A stretch of DNA of 64,000 nt from Opitutia bacterium (GCA_050506795.1 JBJHCF010000007.1:32001-96000), one strand, 5' to 3'; shown: positions 36,826-46,799, counted from the first letter of the stretch. A program made the numbers and translations. Notes: generated by a model from the letters alone, not told the origin.

Positions 36826-39081
36826 TTACGACTTCTCCGCCGGAGCCGTCATCGCACCCGGATTCGGCTTTCTCACGCCGTCTTTGACGAAGTAATAATC
36901 CCGATAGGACTTATCGTAGTACTGAGCGTAGTAGTAGCCCCCGACCGAAATATTGAGATGATTCAATACCGCACCGAACACCGGAGTCTCGGAGGACATC
37001 AGGCGGCGGACGTTGTACTTGGCCGCACGTCTCCGAACTTTGTTGAATTTCAAGGTAAACAACGCTCCATCAGTGTGCTGGAGAATGATCAGAGCATCAC
37101 TTACCGCAGCCAAAGGAGGTGTATCGATGATGACCCTCGTATAGCGCTTGCGCAGCTCGGCAATCATGTTTTCGAAAGCCACGCTATTGATGGTTTGCGT
37201 CGGATTCTTTGCCTTACCTCCGGTGGAGAGGATGTCGAAGTTCGGATGGACGTCTTTGTGTATGATGTCGTCCAGGCTCAAGTTCTCATGACAATAGGAA
37301 ATAACTCCCTTGTCATTCTTCAACTTATGAGATTTGTGAACGCTCGGCATACGAAGGTCACAGTCCACCAAAATAGTCTTCTCTCCATTGACCGCATAGG
37401 TCAGTGCCAGGTTGGAACTCACGAAGGATTTACCTTCACCCGGAATGCTACTGGTGATCATGACACACTGAGCCAGGTTGCTTTGCTTCCCTAGCTTCAG
37501 GCTCGAATGGAGAGATCGGAATGATTCGACCACATGTCGATCAGTGCCCGTGAACGCGATCTTCACTTTATCCTCGGGCTTGAGCTTCTTCACTTCAGGC
37601 ATGATGCCGAGAAGCGGCAGACCGATGATCGACTCGATATCAAACGCACTCTTCACTCGGTCATCGAGGAAGGCCACTACAAACGCCACCCCAATTCCCA
37701 AACCGAGTCCACCAAGCAAGCCAAACCCCAGATTAAGGGGGATGTTCGGCGTAACCGGACGTAGGGATGCGGACGCTTCATCCAGGGGGCGGGCCGTAAC
37801 CGAGTCGATCGAACTGCTCAAGGTGGTTTCACGCATCCGGCGCACCAGGTACTGATACAGGAACTCATCCACCTCGGTCTCCCGCGAGATTGAATCATAC
37901 TCGACCCGGAGATCGCTCAGGCGCTTAATCTCATCTGTTTGTTCCGCCAGTTGGTCCTGAATATCCTCAAAGGAACGACGAGCGGCAATGTAATCCGATT
38001 CGATCTTGGCGACCGCCATCTCGACAGCCTCGTTTAAGGCCATTTCGGTCTGATTCAGCGATTCCATCAAATCCCGCATGGTCGGATGTAACTCGCGGTA
38101 CCGCCCCGCCAAGCGCCGCTGCTGAATCTGCAGTTGGGTGTAATCCGACAAAAGCCCGCTGACTTGTGGCTGGTCGGCAATAAATCGTATGTTCGTGAGG
38201 GGACGCTCTTCCTCGCGGTAACGCTGAATCAATTCCCAGCGAGTCTGGGCCAGACGCAAGTCTTGACGCGCATCAACTTCGCGCATGTTCAAAGCGGTCA
38301 ATTTCTGCAACGCGATATCCGCACGGCGATCCACCGACACCGAGCCCGTTTCCGCAATGTACTGCTGGCGAACACGTTGGCTTTGCTCAAGGCGATTTCG
38401 CTGCTCATCCGCCCGAATCCTCAGTTCATCCACCGCCAGCATCGACTCATCCATCCTCACGCCAAGATTGTAGGAGATGTATTCCTGCACAAAATAGTTG
38501 GCGATCAACATGGCGACGTCCCGGTCGGGATGCCGAAAACGGATCTCCACCACAAGGTTCATCCGTCCCGGCACAATCTGCCGATTCTCGAACAACAACT
38601 GCTCCAGCCCGACAAACCGTCCCGTCGCTTCCGGTTCTTCGAACGGCTGCATGAAGCGGTTGTGCTCGGCGTCGTTCATTCGCAGCCGGCTGGCCACTCC
38701 CTTGATGAGGGTTGCGCTTTCCAGAATACGGATCTGGGTATTAAAATCCTCCTGGGAACGAATCTCCTGGGGCATGACCTGCTCAACCTGCATCACGGTG
38801 GCATCCTGCCGGAGCAGCTGAACGGTCGCCCGGGCTTCGTAGATTTCCGTGCGGGTGAGCGTGTAAATCAGCACACCGGAGAAAAACAGCAGGAAAACCA
38901 CCAGAATGTACCAGAACCGCTCGCGAAAGATCAGGAGATAGTCCTTGAGACCACGCTGCGGGCTCTCGTCCTGGTGCTCGCCATAGTAGGAGGTGTTGTC
39001 GGGATAATAACCATACCCATAGCCGTAACCGGCAGTGGGCTTGTTATGTTGGTGATCTCTGGGAGTTGGATTCTCGGACAT
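36826..39081 (-). CDS. Polysaccharide co-polymerase / BY tyrosine autokinase (Wzc-like)
   Basis: Two TM segments around a coiled-coil periplasmic domain; ESFRSL, Walker A PGEGKS, DCDLR, IIDTPP; C-terminal Tyr cluster. Confidence 0.92.
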   Translation of the reverse strand: MSENPTPRDHQHNKPTAGYGYGYGYYPDNTSYYGEHQDESPQRGLKDYLLIFRERFWYILVVFLLFFSGVLIYTLTRTEIYEARATVQLLRQDATVMQVEQVMPQEIRSQEDFNTQIRILESATLIKGVASRLRMNDAEHNRFMQPFEEPEATGRFVGLEQLLFENRQIVPGRMNLVVEIRFRHPDRDVAMLIANYFVQEYISYNLGVRMDESMLAVDELRIRADEQRNRLEQSQRVRQQYIAETGSVSVDRRADIALQKLTALNMREVDARQDLRLAQTRWELIQRYREEERPLTNIRFIADQPQVSGLLSDYTQLQIQQRRLAGRYRELHPTMRDLMESLNQTEMALNEAVEMAVAKIESDYIAARRSFEDIQDQLAEQTDEIKRLSDLRVEYDSISRETEVDEFLYQYLVRRMRETTLSSSIDSVTARPLDEASASLRPVTPNIPLNLGFGLLGGLGLGIGVAFVVAFLDDRVKSAFDIESIIGLPLLGIMPEVKKLKPEDKVKIAFTGTDRHVVESFRSLHSSLKLGKQSNLAQCVMITSSIPGEGKSFVSSNLALTYAVNGEKTILVDCDLRMPSVHKSHKLKNDKGVISYCHENLSLDDIIHKDVHPNFDILSTGGKAKNPTQTINSVAFENMIAELRKRYTRVIIDTPPLAAVSDALIILQHTDGALFTLKFNKVRRRAAKYNVRRLMSSETPVFGAVLNHLNISVGGYYYAQYYDKSYRDYYFVKDGVRKPNPGAMTAPAEKS

Positions 39082-39092
39082 CGTGATAAACT

Positions 39093-39713
39093 TTAAAAAA
39101 CTCGTTGAGGCACGTGAATCACGTCGTCGCGCTGTAGCTCCCAGACGTAACTCGTATTCCCTTGTATAATTTCTTCCGCATCAATAGTATAACGATCGCG
39201 GGTTCCGTCTGGATTCGTGCGAGTGAGAATCACTCGACGCGTGTTGGCGCCACGCTGGAAACCGCCGGCTCCGGATATGGCATCAATCAAAGTCATGGAT
39301 TCCTCCGGTGGAAAGACCACAAAACCCTCCCGGTTGACATGACCCAGAACGCTGACACGCCGCTGAGAGTATTCCAGCACCGAAAGGTTAATCTGTGGAT
39401 TAACCAGATAATCCCGGTCGTAGAGCTCCGTCAGGAGTTGCTGGGCCTCGGAAACGGTCTTGCCTTTGACCTCCACAGATCCAACCAGGGGCAGTCTAAT
39501 GCTTCCCGCCTGTGAAACTCTGACCTCTCGGTTAAGGTCGTCCTCACGAAAGACCTGAAAACGCAACAGGTCTGACGGTGCGATGACGTAATCCTGCAGG
39601 TTAACCGGCGCCGACTCGGACGCGGAAACCGCCGGAAGGCTATCCTCGGCGGTTAACGACAGGCTCAAAGCCATAGTGAAGATTGATACGAAGCCAACAA
39701 TACGTTTGATCAT
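39093..39713 (-). CDS. Short OPX polysaccharide export protein (Poly_export + SLBB)
   Basis: YVIAPSDLL, LPLVG, YLVNPQ, AISGAGG, DVIHVP; no lipobox Cys; no C-terminal membrane helix. Confidence 0.88.
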   Translation of the reverse strand: MIKRIVGFVSIFTMALSLSLTAEDSLPAVSASESAPVNLQDYVIAPSDLLRFQVFREDDLNREVRVSQAGSIRLPLVGSVEVKGKTVSEAQQLLTELYDRDYLVNPQINLSVLEYSQRRVSVLGHVNREGFVVFPPEESMTLIDAISGAGGFQRGANTRRVILTRTNPDGTRDRYTIDAEEIIQGNTSYVWELQRDDVIHVPQRVF

Positions 39714-39806
39714 GAGTACGGAACCTTGACCTAAGGTGAACGGAAATTAAATCTGCGCCGCCACCCCACGGGAGCGGGGCACCGGCGCTAACAAACACCC
39801 CAAATT

Positions 39807-40970
39807 TTAATATCTAAGGGACGCGGTCAACTGAAAAATGTTCCGATCCAAATCAACCGACTGAATATTGGAGTCGTTGTTGGTATAGATATAAGCCGCC
39901 GAGAGATCAACATACTCGTTGGGGGCATAACTCACGCCGAGATCGCCGGTAAAGGTCTTGTCGTGCCGGGCGCTGTCGCGGTAGCGCGAATCCTCGTAAA
40001 AGAGGCCGGCCGATCCGGTAACCAGGTCCGTCAGGAGATACGTTACGCGCGGTCCGCCGCCAGTGCTTTCAATGGTGTGGCCGCGAGCACTGTACCGCAG
40101 ATCACGAGATCCGGTAATGCTCACATTGAGGCGCTCGGTAGCATCCCAAACGGCTTGTCCCTGAGCGGCGAAACCGCTCCGCGAATCGAGACCGCTCTGT
40201 TTGAAATTCCGCTCCTGGTAACCAAGCCGAACAGAGCCGGAAACGTTGGGCGTCACCTCGCCGCGGGCTCCGACGTTGATGAAATGATCCTGTGAATCGC
40301 GGCCGGTACCGGTGGTATTGTTGTCGCGAAAACGGTATCCGAGGCTGAGATCAACCCGGGGCGTCCAATTGTAATAAAGGTCGAGAGGTACCGCGATCGT
40401 TTCCACATCGCGGAACTGGCGGTTCTTGAAATTGGTTTCCTGGTAGGAAATCCCAGCCCCGACATCAAAGAGCTCGGTCAGATCATACTCTCCGTTCAGC
40501 GCGACTCGGTACACGTCGCGCTCCACCACGACACCGTCCTGCGACACAAAATCAAACGCATTCTGGGTCAGGCGGCGATAGGAAGCGTCGAAATCGGCTA
40601 CCAGGCGGTTGTAGGCGTAGGCCGCATTCAGGAAAACGTTGGACCCGTTCGTGTTAAGCTCACTCGCATCGGTGTAGCGATAAATGTCCTCGCGGTAATA
40701 AGCACTGAAATTCCAGATGGCATCGGCACCGCCGTAGGTGAATTCAACGCCGGGCGAAAAAATGAACAAAATATCCGACTCTTCGTTGTTGGCGTTGAGG
40801 TAAACGTTGTCGTCGTAACGAGCCGTGACACTGCCGTTAAAGTAAAGCGATGCACGTTCGCCGATCGTAATCAACGGTGCCGCGCTGGCCGAAACTCCTA
40901 CGAGGAGAGTGGCCGCCGCAGCCGCAATTGCAGTTCGGGACGGACATAGCGAGCGGGAAGTGGACTTCAT
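39807..40970 (-). CDS. Outer-membrane beta-barrel protein (BBP2/VpsM-like), EPS-associated
   Basis: Signal peptide, YDDNVY, amphipathic beta strands, C-terminal aromatic (LRY); directly upstream of OPX. Confidence 0.8.
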   Translation of the reverse strand: MKSTSRSLCPSRTAIAAAAATLLVGVSASAAPLITIGERASLYFNGSVTARYDDNVYLNANNEESDILFIFSPGVEFTYGGADAIWNFSAYYREDIYRYTDASELNTNGSNVFLNAAYAYNRLVADFDASYRRLTQNAFDFVSQDGVVVERDVYRVALNGEYDLTELFDVGAGISYQETNFKNRQFRDVETIAVPLDLYYNWTPRVDLSLGYRFRDNNTTGTGRDSQDHFINVGARGEVTPNVSGSVRLGYQERNFKQSGLDSRSGFAAQGQAVWDATERLNVSITGSRDLRYSARGHTIESTGGGPRVTYLLTDLVTGSAGLFYEDSRYRDSARHDKTFTGDLGVSYAPNEYVDLSAAYIYTNNDSNIQSVDLDRNIFQLTASLRY

Positions 40971-41024
40971 GGATCTGATAGTTCTCAAAAGGTTAGATCT
41001 CTTAGCGGGTTAGGTTTGGGTCGC

Positions 41025-41064
41025 AAAAACCCGGAGGAGCCTCGTGGAACGGTACTCCTCCGGG
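41025..41064 (-). terminator. Internal terminator between the secreted protein gene and the beta-barrel gene
   Basis: cccggaggag/ctcctccggg 10-bp stem followed by TTTTT on the minus strand. Confidence 0.65.
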
Positions 41065-41080
41065 AATCAATCCTAAAGCC

Positions 41081-41569
41081 TCACTGGGCCGGGCTGATGA
41101 TGGAAGCGTCAATCGCCACTCCGGGAGTCGGAGCGTAGGGCGCGGCCCGCGGAGGAACGCCAGGTCTACGCACCGGAGCGGTAAGTCCATCCTGAGCGCC
41201 GGCTTCGATAGCGGCCACCTGATCGGGAGCCGCTGCACTCGCGGCGCTTATGATGCTGTCTACGGCACCGGGGTTCGCGGCCACCGCGAGACGAACGATC
41301 TCACGCACGTTGGCGGCGGATTTGTCTTCAAGACCGGCGATGGCGCTACCGGCGATCCTATCAGCCTCTTCCGGGAAAGCGGCGAGGGCCGCCTCGACGA
41401 TTTCATTGGCCTGTTCGGGATTGTCCGCCACGGCCATAGCCACGATGGACTCCAAATCGTCCGGATTGGCTTCGATTTCCGCCACTAGATCGGCAGTGTC
41501 GACCTGGGCAAATGCCACTGAACAAGCGGCAACTGCGATTAAAGTAATCAGGGACTTAAGGTAGTGCAT
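41081..41569 (-). CDS. Secreted Ala-rich helical-repeat protein with Pro-rich C-terminal tail
   Basis: Signal peptide AFA|Q, about 15-aa A..NP..A.EIV repeats, tail ending IISPAQ; start placed at MHYLK. Confidence 0.75.
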   Translation of the reverse strand: MHYLKSLITLIAVAACSVAFAQVDTADLVAEIEANPDDLESIVAMAVADNPEQANEIVEAALAAFPEEADRIAGSAIAGLEDKSAANVREIVRLAVAANPGAVDSIISAASAAAPDQVAAIEAGAQDGLTAPVRRPGVPPRAAPYAPTPGVAIDASIISPAQ

Positions 41570-41746
41570 AATTTCCTCCGGTGTTTTCAGTTTAAAAGAG
41601 ATTTGGCAGCATCGTAAGTTGCTTAGAGCAAAGCGCAAGGGAAAAAAATTGTGCTGATCATTTTTTTTAGCGGCTTCTTTCCTTGCCTCAACGATGGGGA
41701 TCATGCTTATTTATTGCTTTGGCTGTCAACCTTTTTTCCATCCTCC

Positions 41747-43369
41747 ATGAAAAAACATTTTCGCAAGGGAAACGCCTTCCTCGGTTTCGTCAATATCGGC
41801 CGAAACAAGAACGATCAATTCGGGGTACACCCGGTGTGGGGGAGAATTTTCATGTTGCTCTGCGCCCTGGGCCTTATGGGATGGGTTTCTGTGGCGTTCG
41901 CTGGTTTCCTTTTTTTAAAACACACGCGCGACGTTGAAACCGGCCGATTTGCCGATCTCCTTCTGCTACGTTGGGATGATTTTCGTTATGCCTGGGGTGA
42001 AGACTATATCCGCATGGGTACGGAAATGATCGAGAGCGGAGAGGTGGCTGAGGGTTTTCATTACCTGCGTATCGGGCTGATTCGTTCTCCCGACAATATC
42101 GAAGGCCGCATGCTTCTCTCCAATATCTTCCTGGCCCAGAACCGTACCGATCGGGCCGCTCAACTTCTGGTGGAAGGTATGCCCTACGGTATCCACGACA
42201 CCGACTACGTCACCACCACCATGCGGATACTGCTGCATGCGGAAAAGGACCAGGAGATTCGCGATTTGGCCGAACGGTTTCTTCCGGCCGAACCGGTTCA
42301 AGAGGATCGTTACCTTATTATCGCATTCGCGGCCGCCAGAGCCGGCTTCCATCGCGGCGAATTCGACGAAGCCATCGATCTGATCAACGATTTCCAGCTT
42401 GGATCCAGCAACAGCGGTCAGATCCTGCTGGCCCGCATCGACTGGGAACGGGGCCACCGCGAAGAGTCCCTGACACGCCTGCGGGATCTCGTTCGCCGTC
42501 GCCCGGATCACAACGAAGCTTACATTTACCTCACCCGGTACCATCACGAGTTGGGCCAGTTGGACGCGGCGGAACGTTACGCGGTGGTCCGGCAACTCAA
42601 CGATCCGCTGACCGCCGCCCCCAGAGTCGATCTTCTGTACATCTACAACGAGAAAGGCGACACCGCCCGACTCAATCGGGAGATCGACACTTTGCTGCGC
42701 GATTTTCGAAATGACTCGGACGCCATCGAATACCTGGCGCAGTTCGCGCTGGACACCACGGACCCTGCCCTGGCCCAACGAGTCTTCGAACACGCCCAGC
42801 TCCGCAATCTCAACCTCTCGGTCACCGGCATCGTTTATGTCCACACCTTGATGAAAGCCGGCCAATACGACCGGGCCACAGCCCTGGCGGAACGTCTCGG
42901 ACGCGAGGTTGACGGCTTCGACGACGAGTTTGGCGCTCAGATTCTCGCGATCAACGCCATCGCCGATTACGCCCGGGGGGATCGGGCGAACGCTGAAATG
43001 CAACTGGGCCAGTTCCTCTCCCGCGGCAACCTGCGCCCTTCGAACTACATCTCCTATGCCGACAAACTCATCGAGCTCGGCCTGCACGAGCCGGCGCGGC
43101 GAATCCTCAACCAGGCGCACCGGGCCAACCCGCGCAGCCAAAGCCTCCTCAACGCCCTGATTCGGCTCGATATCCTGCGGGGCGACGACAGCGCGCTGAT
43201 CGCCAACGTCCCCAAACTGATGGAAATGCGCCTGCCGTCCATTGAGGTTCTCAATGAAGCCTATCAATTCCTCAGCAGCGACCGGTTTCTTTTTACCGCC
43301 GGGCGCCATGAAATCCTGGAACGCATCGAAGACACGCTCCGCAGTCATCCCCAGATTTCACTCGGGTAG
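41747..43369 (+). CDS. Membrane-anchored TPR-like protein (paralog of 16373-18025)
   Basis: Basic N-terminus, TM helix, TPR helices, SSDRFLF C-terminal motif; start placed at MKKHF. Confidence 0.8.
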   Translation: MKKHFRKGNAFLGFVNIGRNKNDQFGVHPVWGRIFMLLCALGLMGWVSVAFAGFLFLKHTRDVETGRFADLLLLRWDDFRYAWGEDYIRMGTEMIESGEVAEGFHYLRIGLIRSPDNIEGRMLLSNIFLAQNRTDRAAQLLVEGMPYGIHDTDYVTTTMRILLHAEKDQEIRDLAERFLPAEPVQEDRYLIIAFAAARAGFHRGEFDEAIDLINDFQLGSSNSGQILLARIDWERGHREESLTRLRDLVRRRPDHNEAYIYLTRYHHELGQLDAAERYAVVRQLNDPLTAAPRVDLLYIYNEKGDTARLNREIDTLLRDFRNDSDAIEYLAQFALDTTDPALAQRVFEHAQLRNLNLSVTGIVYVHTLMKAGQYDRATALAERLGREVDGFDDEFGAQILAINAIADYARGDRANAEMQLGQFLSRGNLRPSNYISYADKLIELGLHEPARRILNQAHRANPRSQSLLNALIRLDILRGDDSALIANVPKLMEMRLPSIEVLNEAYQFLSSDRFLFTAGRHEILERIEDTLRSHPQISLG

Positions 43370-43425
43370 CCGGATGACCGCATAACACCCTGAATCCGCC
43401 ATCCTTCTTCGATCTTTCGCCTGCC

Positions 43426-43875
43426 ATGAATGACTCCGAGCTCGGTCCCACCGGGGAGATCCTCCGTGACCTGCCCTCACCCTACCAGCCACATCCCTGC
43501 GGACTCCTCCACCTGCCTCGTTTCATCGCCAAGATTCGCAAGCATCTGCAGGGGGCTCTTCCCAAATCGTATCAACGAAACTTTACCAAAGGCTTCGACG
43601 GTTTCCTCTGTCTTCACCTGGGGATCGATCCCGAGGACATGATCGAAATCGTCAGGCGCAGCGAGACTGAAGATGCGCTGGAAAGAAATCTTAGAGAATT
43701 GTTTCCCAATGACTTAAAGATCGAAGTCTGGAATCGTAAACTGGTCCAGATGGGCATGAGCCCCATGGGACGGGAGGCCTTGCGGGACGTGAAACGAAAG
43801 ATGAACGCCGAACATCGCGACGACCTCATTTCCTTTGCCGACATGATCGATTTCGACGAAGGCCGCATCGACTAG
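43426..43875 (+). CDS. DUF5069-like protein
   Basis: DLPSPY...GLLHLPRFIAKIR...DFDEGR pattern. Confidence 0.7.
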   Translation: MNDSELGPTGEILRDLPSPYQPHPCGLLHLPRFIAKIRKHLQGALPKSYQRNFTKGFDGFLCLHLGIDPEDMIEIVRRSETEDALERNLRELFPNDLKIEVWNRKLVQMGMSPMGREALRDVKRKMNAEHRDDLISFADMIDFDEGRID

Positions 43876-44017
43876 TACGCCCGCGCTCCGGACCTCCGTT
43901 GGGCCGGGTTGCCGGGGGGAGGAGATTTAAGGGAAATGAACGGCGGGAAACACGGCACACACGATTCGCGCAATCCGTTTGCCTCCGGACCCGATTCATG
44001 AACCATAATCCTCCGAA

Positions 44018-44983
44018 ATGGAAAACGAAAACCAGGTTGTCCTTCTTTACTACCGGTACGTCCGGATTGAAGAACCGCACCGCTTCGCAGCGGACCACCG
44101 TCGGTTGGCTCTCAGCCTGGGGCTCACCGGACGAATCATCGTCGCCGAGGAGGGCATCAACGGCACCGTGGCGGGATCCGTCGTGGCCGCCCGCGCCTAC
44201 CGCGAAGCGCTCCGCCAGGACCCGCGGTTCGCCGAAATGCCCTGCAAGGAAAGCGCGGGCGACGTCGACACCTTTCCCAAACTGTCGATCAAGGTTCGAT
44301 CGGAAATCGTCACGTTAGGCCTTCCGCTTCCCTTCGATCCGGCACGTGACTCCGCCCCTCACCTTCCTCCCGCCGATTGGAAGCGCCTGGCGGAATCCGA
44401 TCCCGATGCCGTGCTTTTCGACGCCCGTAACGACTATGAGTCGGCGGTCGGCCGGTTTCGGGGCGCCATCACGCCGCCGATTGGAAATTTCCGCGAGCTT
44501 CCCGAGGCGATCGACGCCTACAAACACCTCAAGGACAAAAAGATCCTGATGTACTGCACCGGCGGCATCCGCTGCGAGAAAGCTTCCGCCCTGCTTCGTC
44601 AAAACGGCTTCCGCGAGGTCTACCAGCTCGATGGGGGCATCATGAATTATGCGCGCGAACTGGGAAACGAGGACGAATTATGGGAGGGAGATTGCTTCGT
44701 TTTCGACAACCGTCTGGTCCTGCCCATCGCCACCGCCGGAGGCCGGCCGCCCGCCGGCAGATGCGCGCACAGCGGACGGCCCACCAGCCACTACCGAAAC
44801 TGCCTGCACAATCCGTGCAACCGCCTTTTCCTCGTTGAGGAGCGCTTTCTGGACGACAATCCACAGGCTCAGCTCTGTCCGCAATGCCTGCAAAGCGGCC
44901 TGACCCTGGATTCAGCGGTGAACAAGTCGCGGCGCCCCCACCTCACGCCGTTGTCGCGACAATCCCCCACCCCGGCTTCATGA
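44018..44983 (+). CDS. trhO: Rhodanese-domain tRNA uridine(34) hydroxylase (TrhO/YceA, UPF0176)
   Basis: LYYRY, EEGINGT, DARNDYE, MYCTGGIRCEKAS, CFVFDNR, Cys-rich tail. Confidence 0.85.
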   Translation: MENENQVVLLYYRYVRIEEPHRFAADHRRLALSLGLTGRIIVAEEGINGTVAGSVVAARAYREALRQDPRFAEMPCKESAGDVDTFPKLSIKVRSEIVTLGLPLPFDPARDSAPHLPPADWKRLAESDPDAVLFDARNDYESAVGRFRGAITPPIGNFRELPEAIDAYKHLKDKKILMYCTGGIRCEKASALLRQNGFREVYQLDGGIMNYARELGNEDELWEGDCFVFDNRLVLPIATAGGRPPAGRCAHSGRPTSHYRNCLHNPCNRLFLVEERFLDDNPQAQLCPQCLQSGLTLDSAVNKSRRPHLTPLSRQSPTPAS

Positions 44984-45378
44984 AGACCGCCACCCCAGAG
45001 CAGAGGGAACGCCTCCGCCGGCTTCGCCTGGAGCCCGACGAATTCTCCGAGTCCTTTGTACAATCCTCCGGACGCGGCGGGCAAAACGTCAACAAGGTGG
45101 CCACCTGCGTGCAGCTCACCCATATTCCGACCGGATTCTCCGTCAAATGCATGAGCCACCGCACCCAGGCCCAGAACCGGCAGGAAGCGCTGGAACGGCT
45201 CCTGGACAAAATCGAGAACCATCGCCGTGACGTGCAGCGCGAACGCCGGCAAGCGCAGGAAAAGCGAAAACGCGCCGCCCGCAAACGCCCGGCCGGGGTC
45301 AAGCGGCGCATCCTGGCCGACAAAAGGCGCCAATCGGAAAAGAAGGATCGGCGACGTAAAGTGGACGGCGGCGAATAG
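44980..45378 (+). CDS. GGQ-domain ribosome-rescue peptidyl-tRNA hydrolase (ArfB/C12orf65-like)
   Basis: SSGRGGQNVNKV, LTHIPTG, RTQAQNR, Arg/Lys-rich tail; ATG overlaps the trhO stop. Confidence 0.85.
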   Translation: MKTATPEQRERLRRLRLEPDEFSESFVQSSGRGGQNVNKVATCVQLTHIPTGFSVKCMSHRTQAQNRQEALERLLDKIENHRRDVQRERRQAQEKRKRAARKRPAGVKRRILADKRRQSEKKDRRRKVDGGE

Positions 45379-45445
45379 CCCGAATTAAGACGGAATAATA
45401 GATTTGTTTCCCAACTCCAATCCCTGCAATCTCCAATCATTTCCC

Positions 45446-46114
45446 ATGCCGCACGGAAACCACTTTATCATTGTGACCATCGACGGGGGCGCCGCCGCCG
45501 GGAAATCCTCCACCGCGGGAGCACTCAGTGAGCGCCACCATCTCCTGCACGTCGACACCGGTTCCTTTTACCGCGCCGTCACCCTCTACCTGCTGAAACG
45601 GGGTCTCACTCCGGAGGACGAGGACAAGATCAGGGAGGCTCTGCAAAACCCCGCCATAACAACCCGGCTCCGAGGCCGGATGGCCCGTATCGCCATCGAC
45701 GACGAAGTGCCTGGCGAAGAACTGCGCTCGCCGCAGGTCAACGAACAGGTATCACGTTTCGCTTCCCTGAGGGCGGTCCGGGAATTTCTCCTGGACTTCC
45801 AACGGGGGCACTCCAGTTTCGCTCGCGAAAACGGGTTCGATGGTCTGGTCATGGAGGGACGGGACATCGGCTCGGTGATTTTTCCCGAGGCTGATTTTCG
45901 CTTTTTCCTGGAAGCCGATCCCGACGCCCGCAACCAGCGGCGGGTCAAACAGGGCGAGCAGGACAGCATCGAAGAACGCGACCGTCTCGACACTCAACGG
46001 AAAACCGCCCCGCTCGTCTGTCCGGAAGGCGCCATCAGGATTGATACCACTCGTATGTCGCTGGAAGAGGTGATCGCCAAAGTGAGCGACATCATCGAAG
46101 GCGAAGCGCGATGA
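45446..46114 (+). CDS. cmk: Cytidylate kinase
   Basis: IDGGAAAGKSS, DTGSFYR, EGRDIG, ERDRLD, IDTT. Confidence 0.9.
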   Translation: MPHGNHFIIVTIDGGAAAGKSSTAGALSERHHLLHVDTGSFYRAVTLYLLKRGLTPEDEDKIREALQNPAITTRLRGRMARIAIDDEVPGEELRSPQVNEQVSRFASLRAVREFLLDFQRGHSSFARENGFDGLVMEGRDIGSVIFPEADFRFFLEADPDARNQRRVKQGEQDSIEERDRLDTQRKTAPLVCPEGAIRIDTTRMSLEEVIAKVSDIIEGEAR

Positions 46115-46746
46115 ACGCGCTGTACGAAATCGGCAAACTTCTCTCCCACTGCACGTTCGACGGGATTTACCCGGGAGACGTCGCCGGAGTGGAAAATGTG
46201 CCTCGCCGCGGACCGTTCATCCTGGCCTGCAACCACGCGAGTTTTTTCGACCCGCCCGCGATCGGCCGCATCGTCCCGAGGGAAATCGCCTATTTCGCCC
46301 GCAAGACCTTATTCAAACCGGGCCTGATCGATCGCGTGCTGACGCGGGTCAACGCCATTCCGGTGGATCGCGACGGCGAGTCCGACATCCAGGCCATAAA
46401 AAGGGTGTTGCAGGCGCTTAAGCAGGGCCAGGGGGTCCTCTTCTTTCCGGAAGGAACCCGTTCCCCCGACGGCTCCCTGCAAGCTCCCAAGCAGGGTCTC
46501 GGGATGATCGCCTGCCGGGCGGGCGTGCCGGTGGTGCCGGCCCGGGTGTTTGGCACCTATGAAGCTTTCGGCCGGGACAGGAAAACTCCCGCCGCCGGCG
46601 GCCGGATCAGTGTCGCTTTCGCCCCGCCCCTCCGTACGGAAACGATCGATCCCGGTCCCGGCGTCAGAAACCGGTACGAAGTGGCCTCCCGCCGCATCAT
46701 GGACGCCATCGCCGCCATTCCACCGCCTCACGATCCGGGAATTTAA
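46111..46746 (+). CDS. plsC: 1-acyl-sn-glycerol-3-phosphate acyltransferase
   Basis: NHASFFD, FPEGTRS. Confidence 0.88.
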   Translation: MNALYEIGKLLSHCTFDGIYPGDVAGVENVPRRGPFILACNHASFFDPPAIGRIVPREIAYFARKTLFKPGLIDRVLTRVNAIPVDRDGESDIQAIKRVLQALKQGQGVLFFPEGTRSPDGSLQAPKQGLGMIACRAGVPVVPARVFGTYEAFGRDRKTPAAGGRISVAFAPPLRTETIDPGPGVRNRYEVASRRIMDAIAAIPPPHDPGI

Positions 46747-46799
46747 GGCCCGTTTTTCAGGCTCGATTCAGTTGGAATCGTCGTAAGATAATAATCCGC

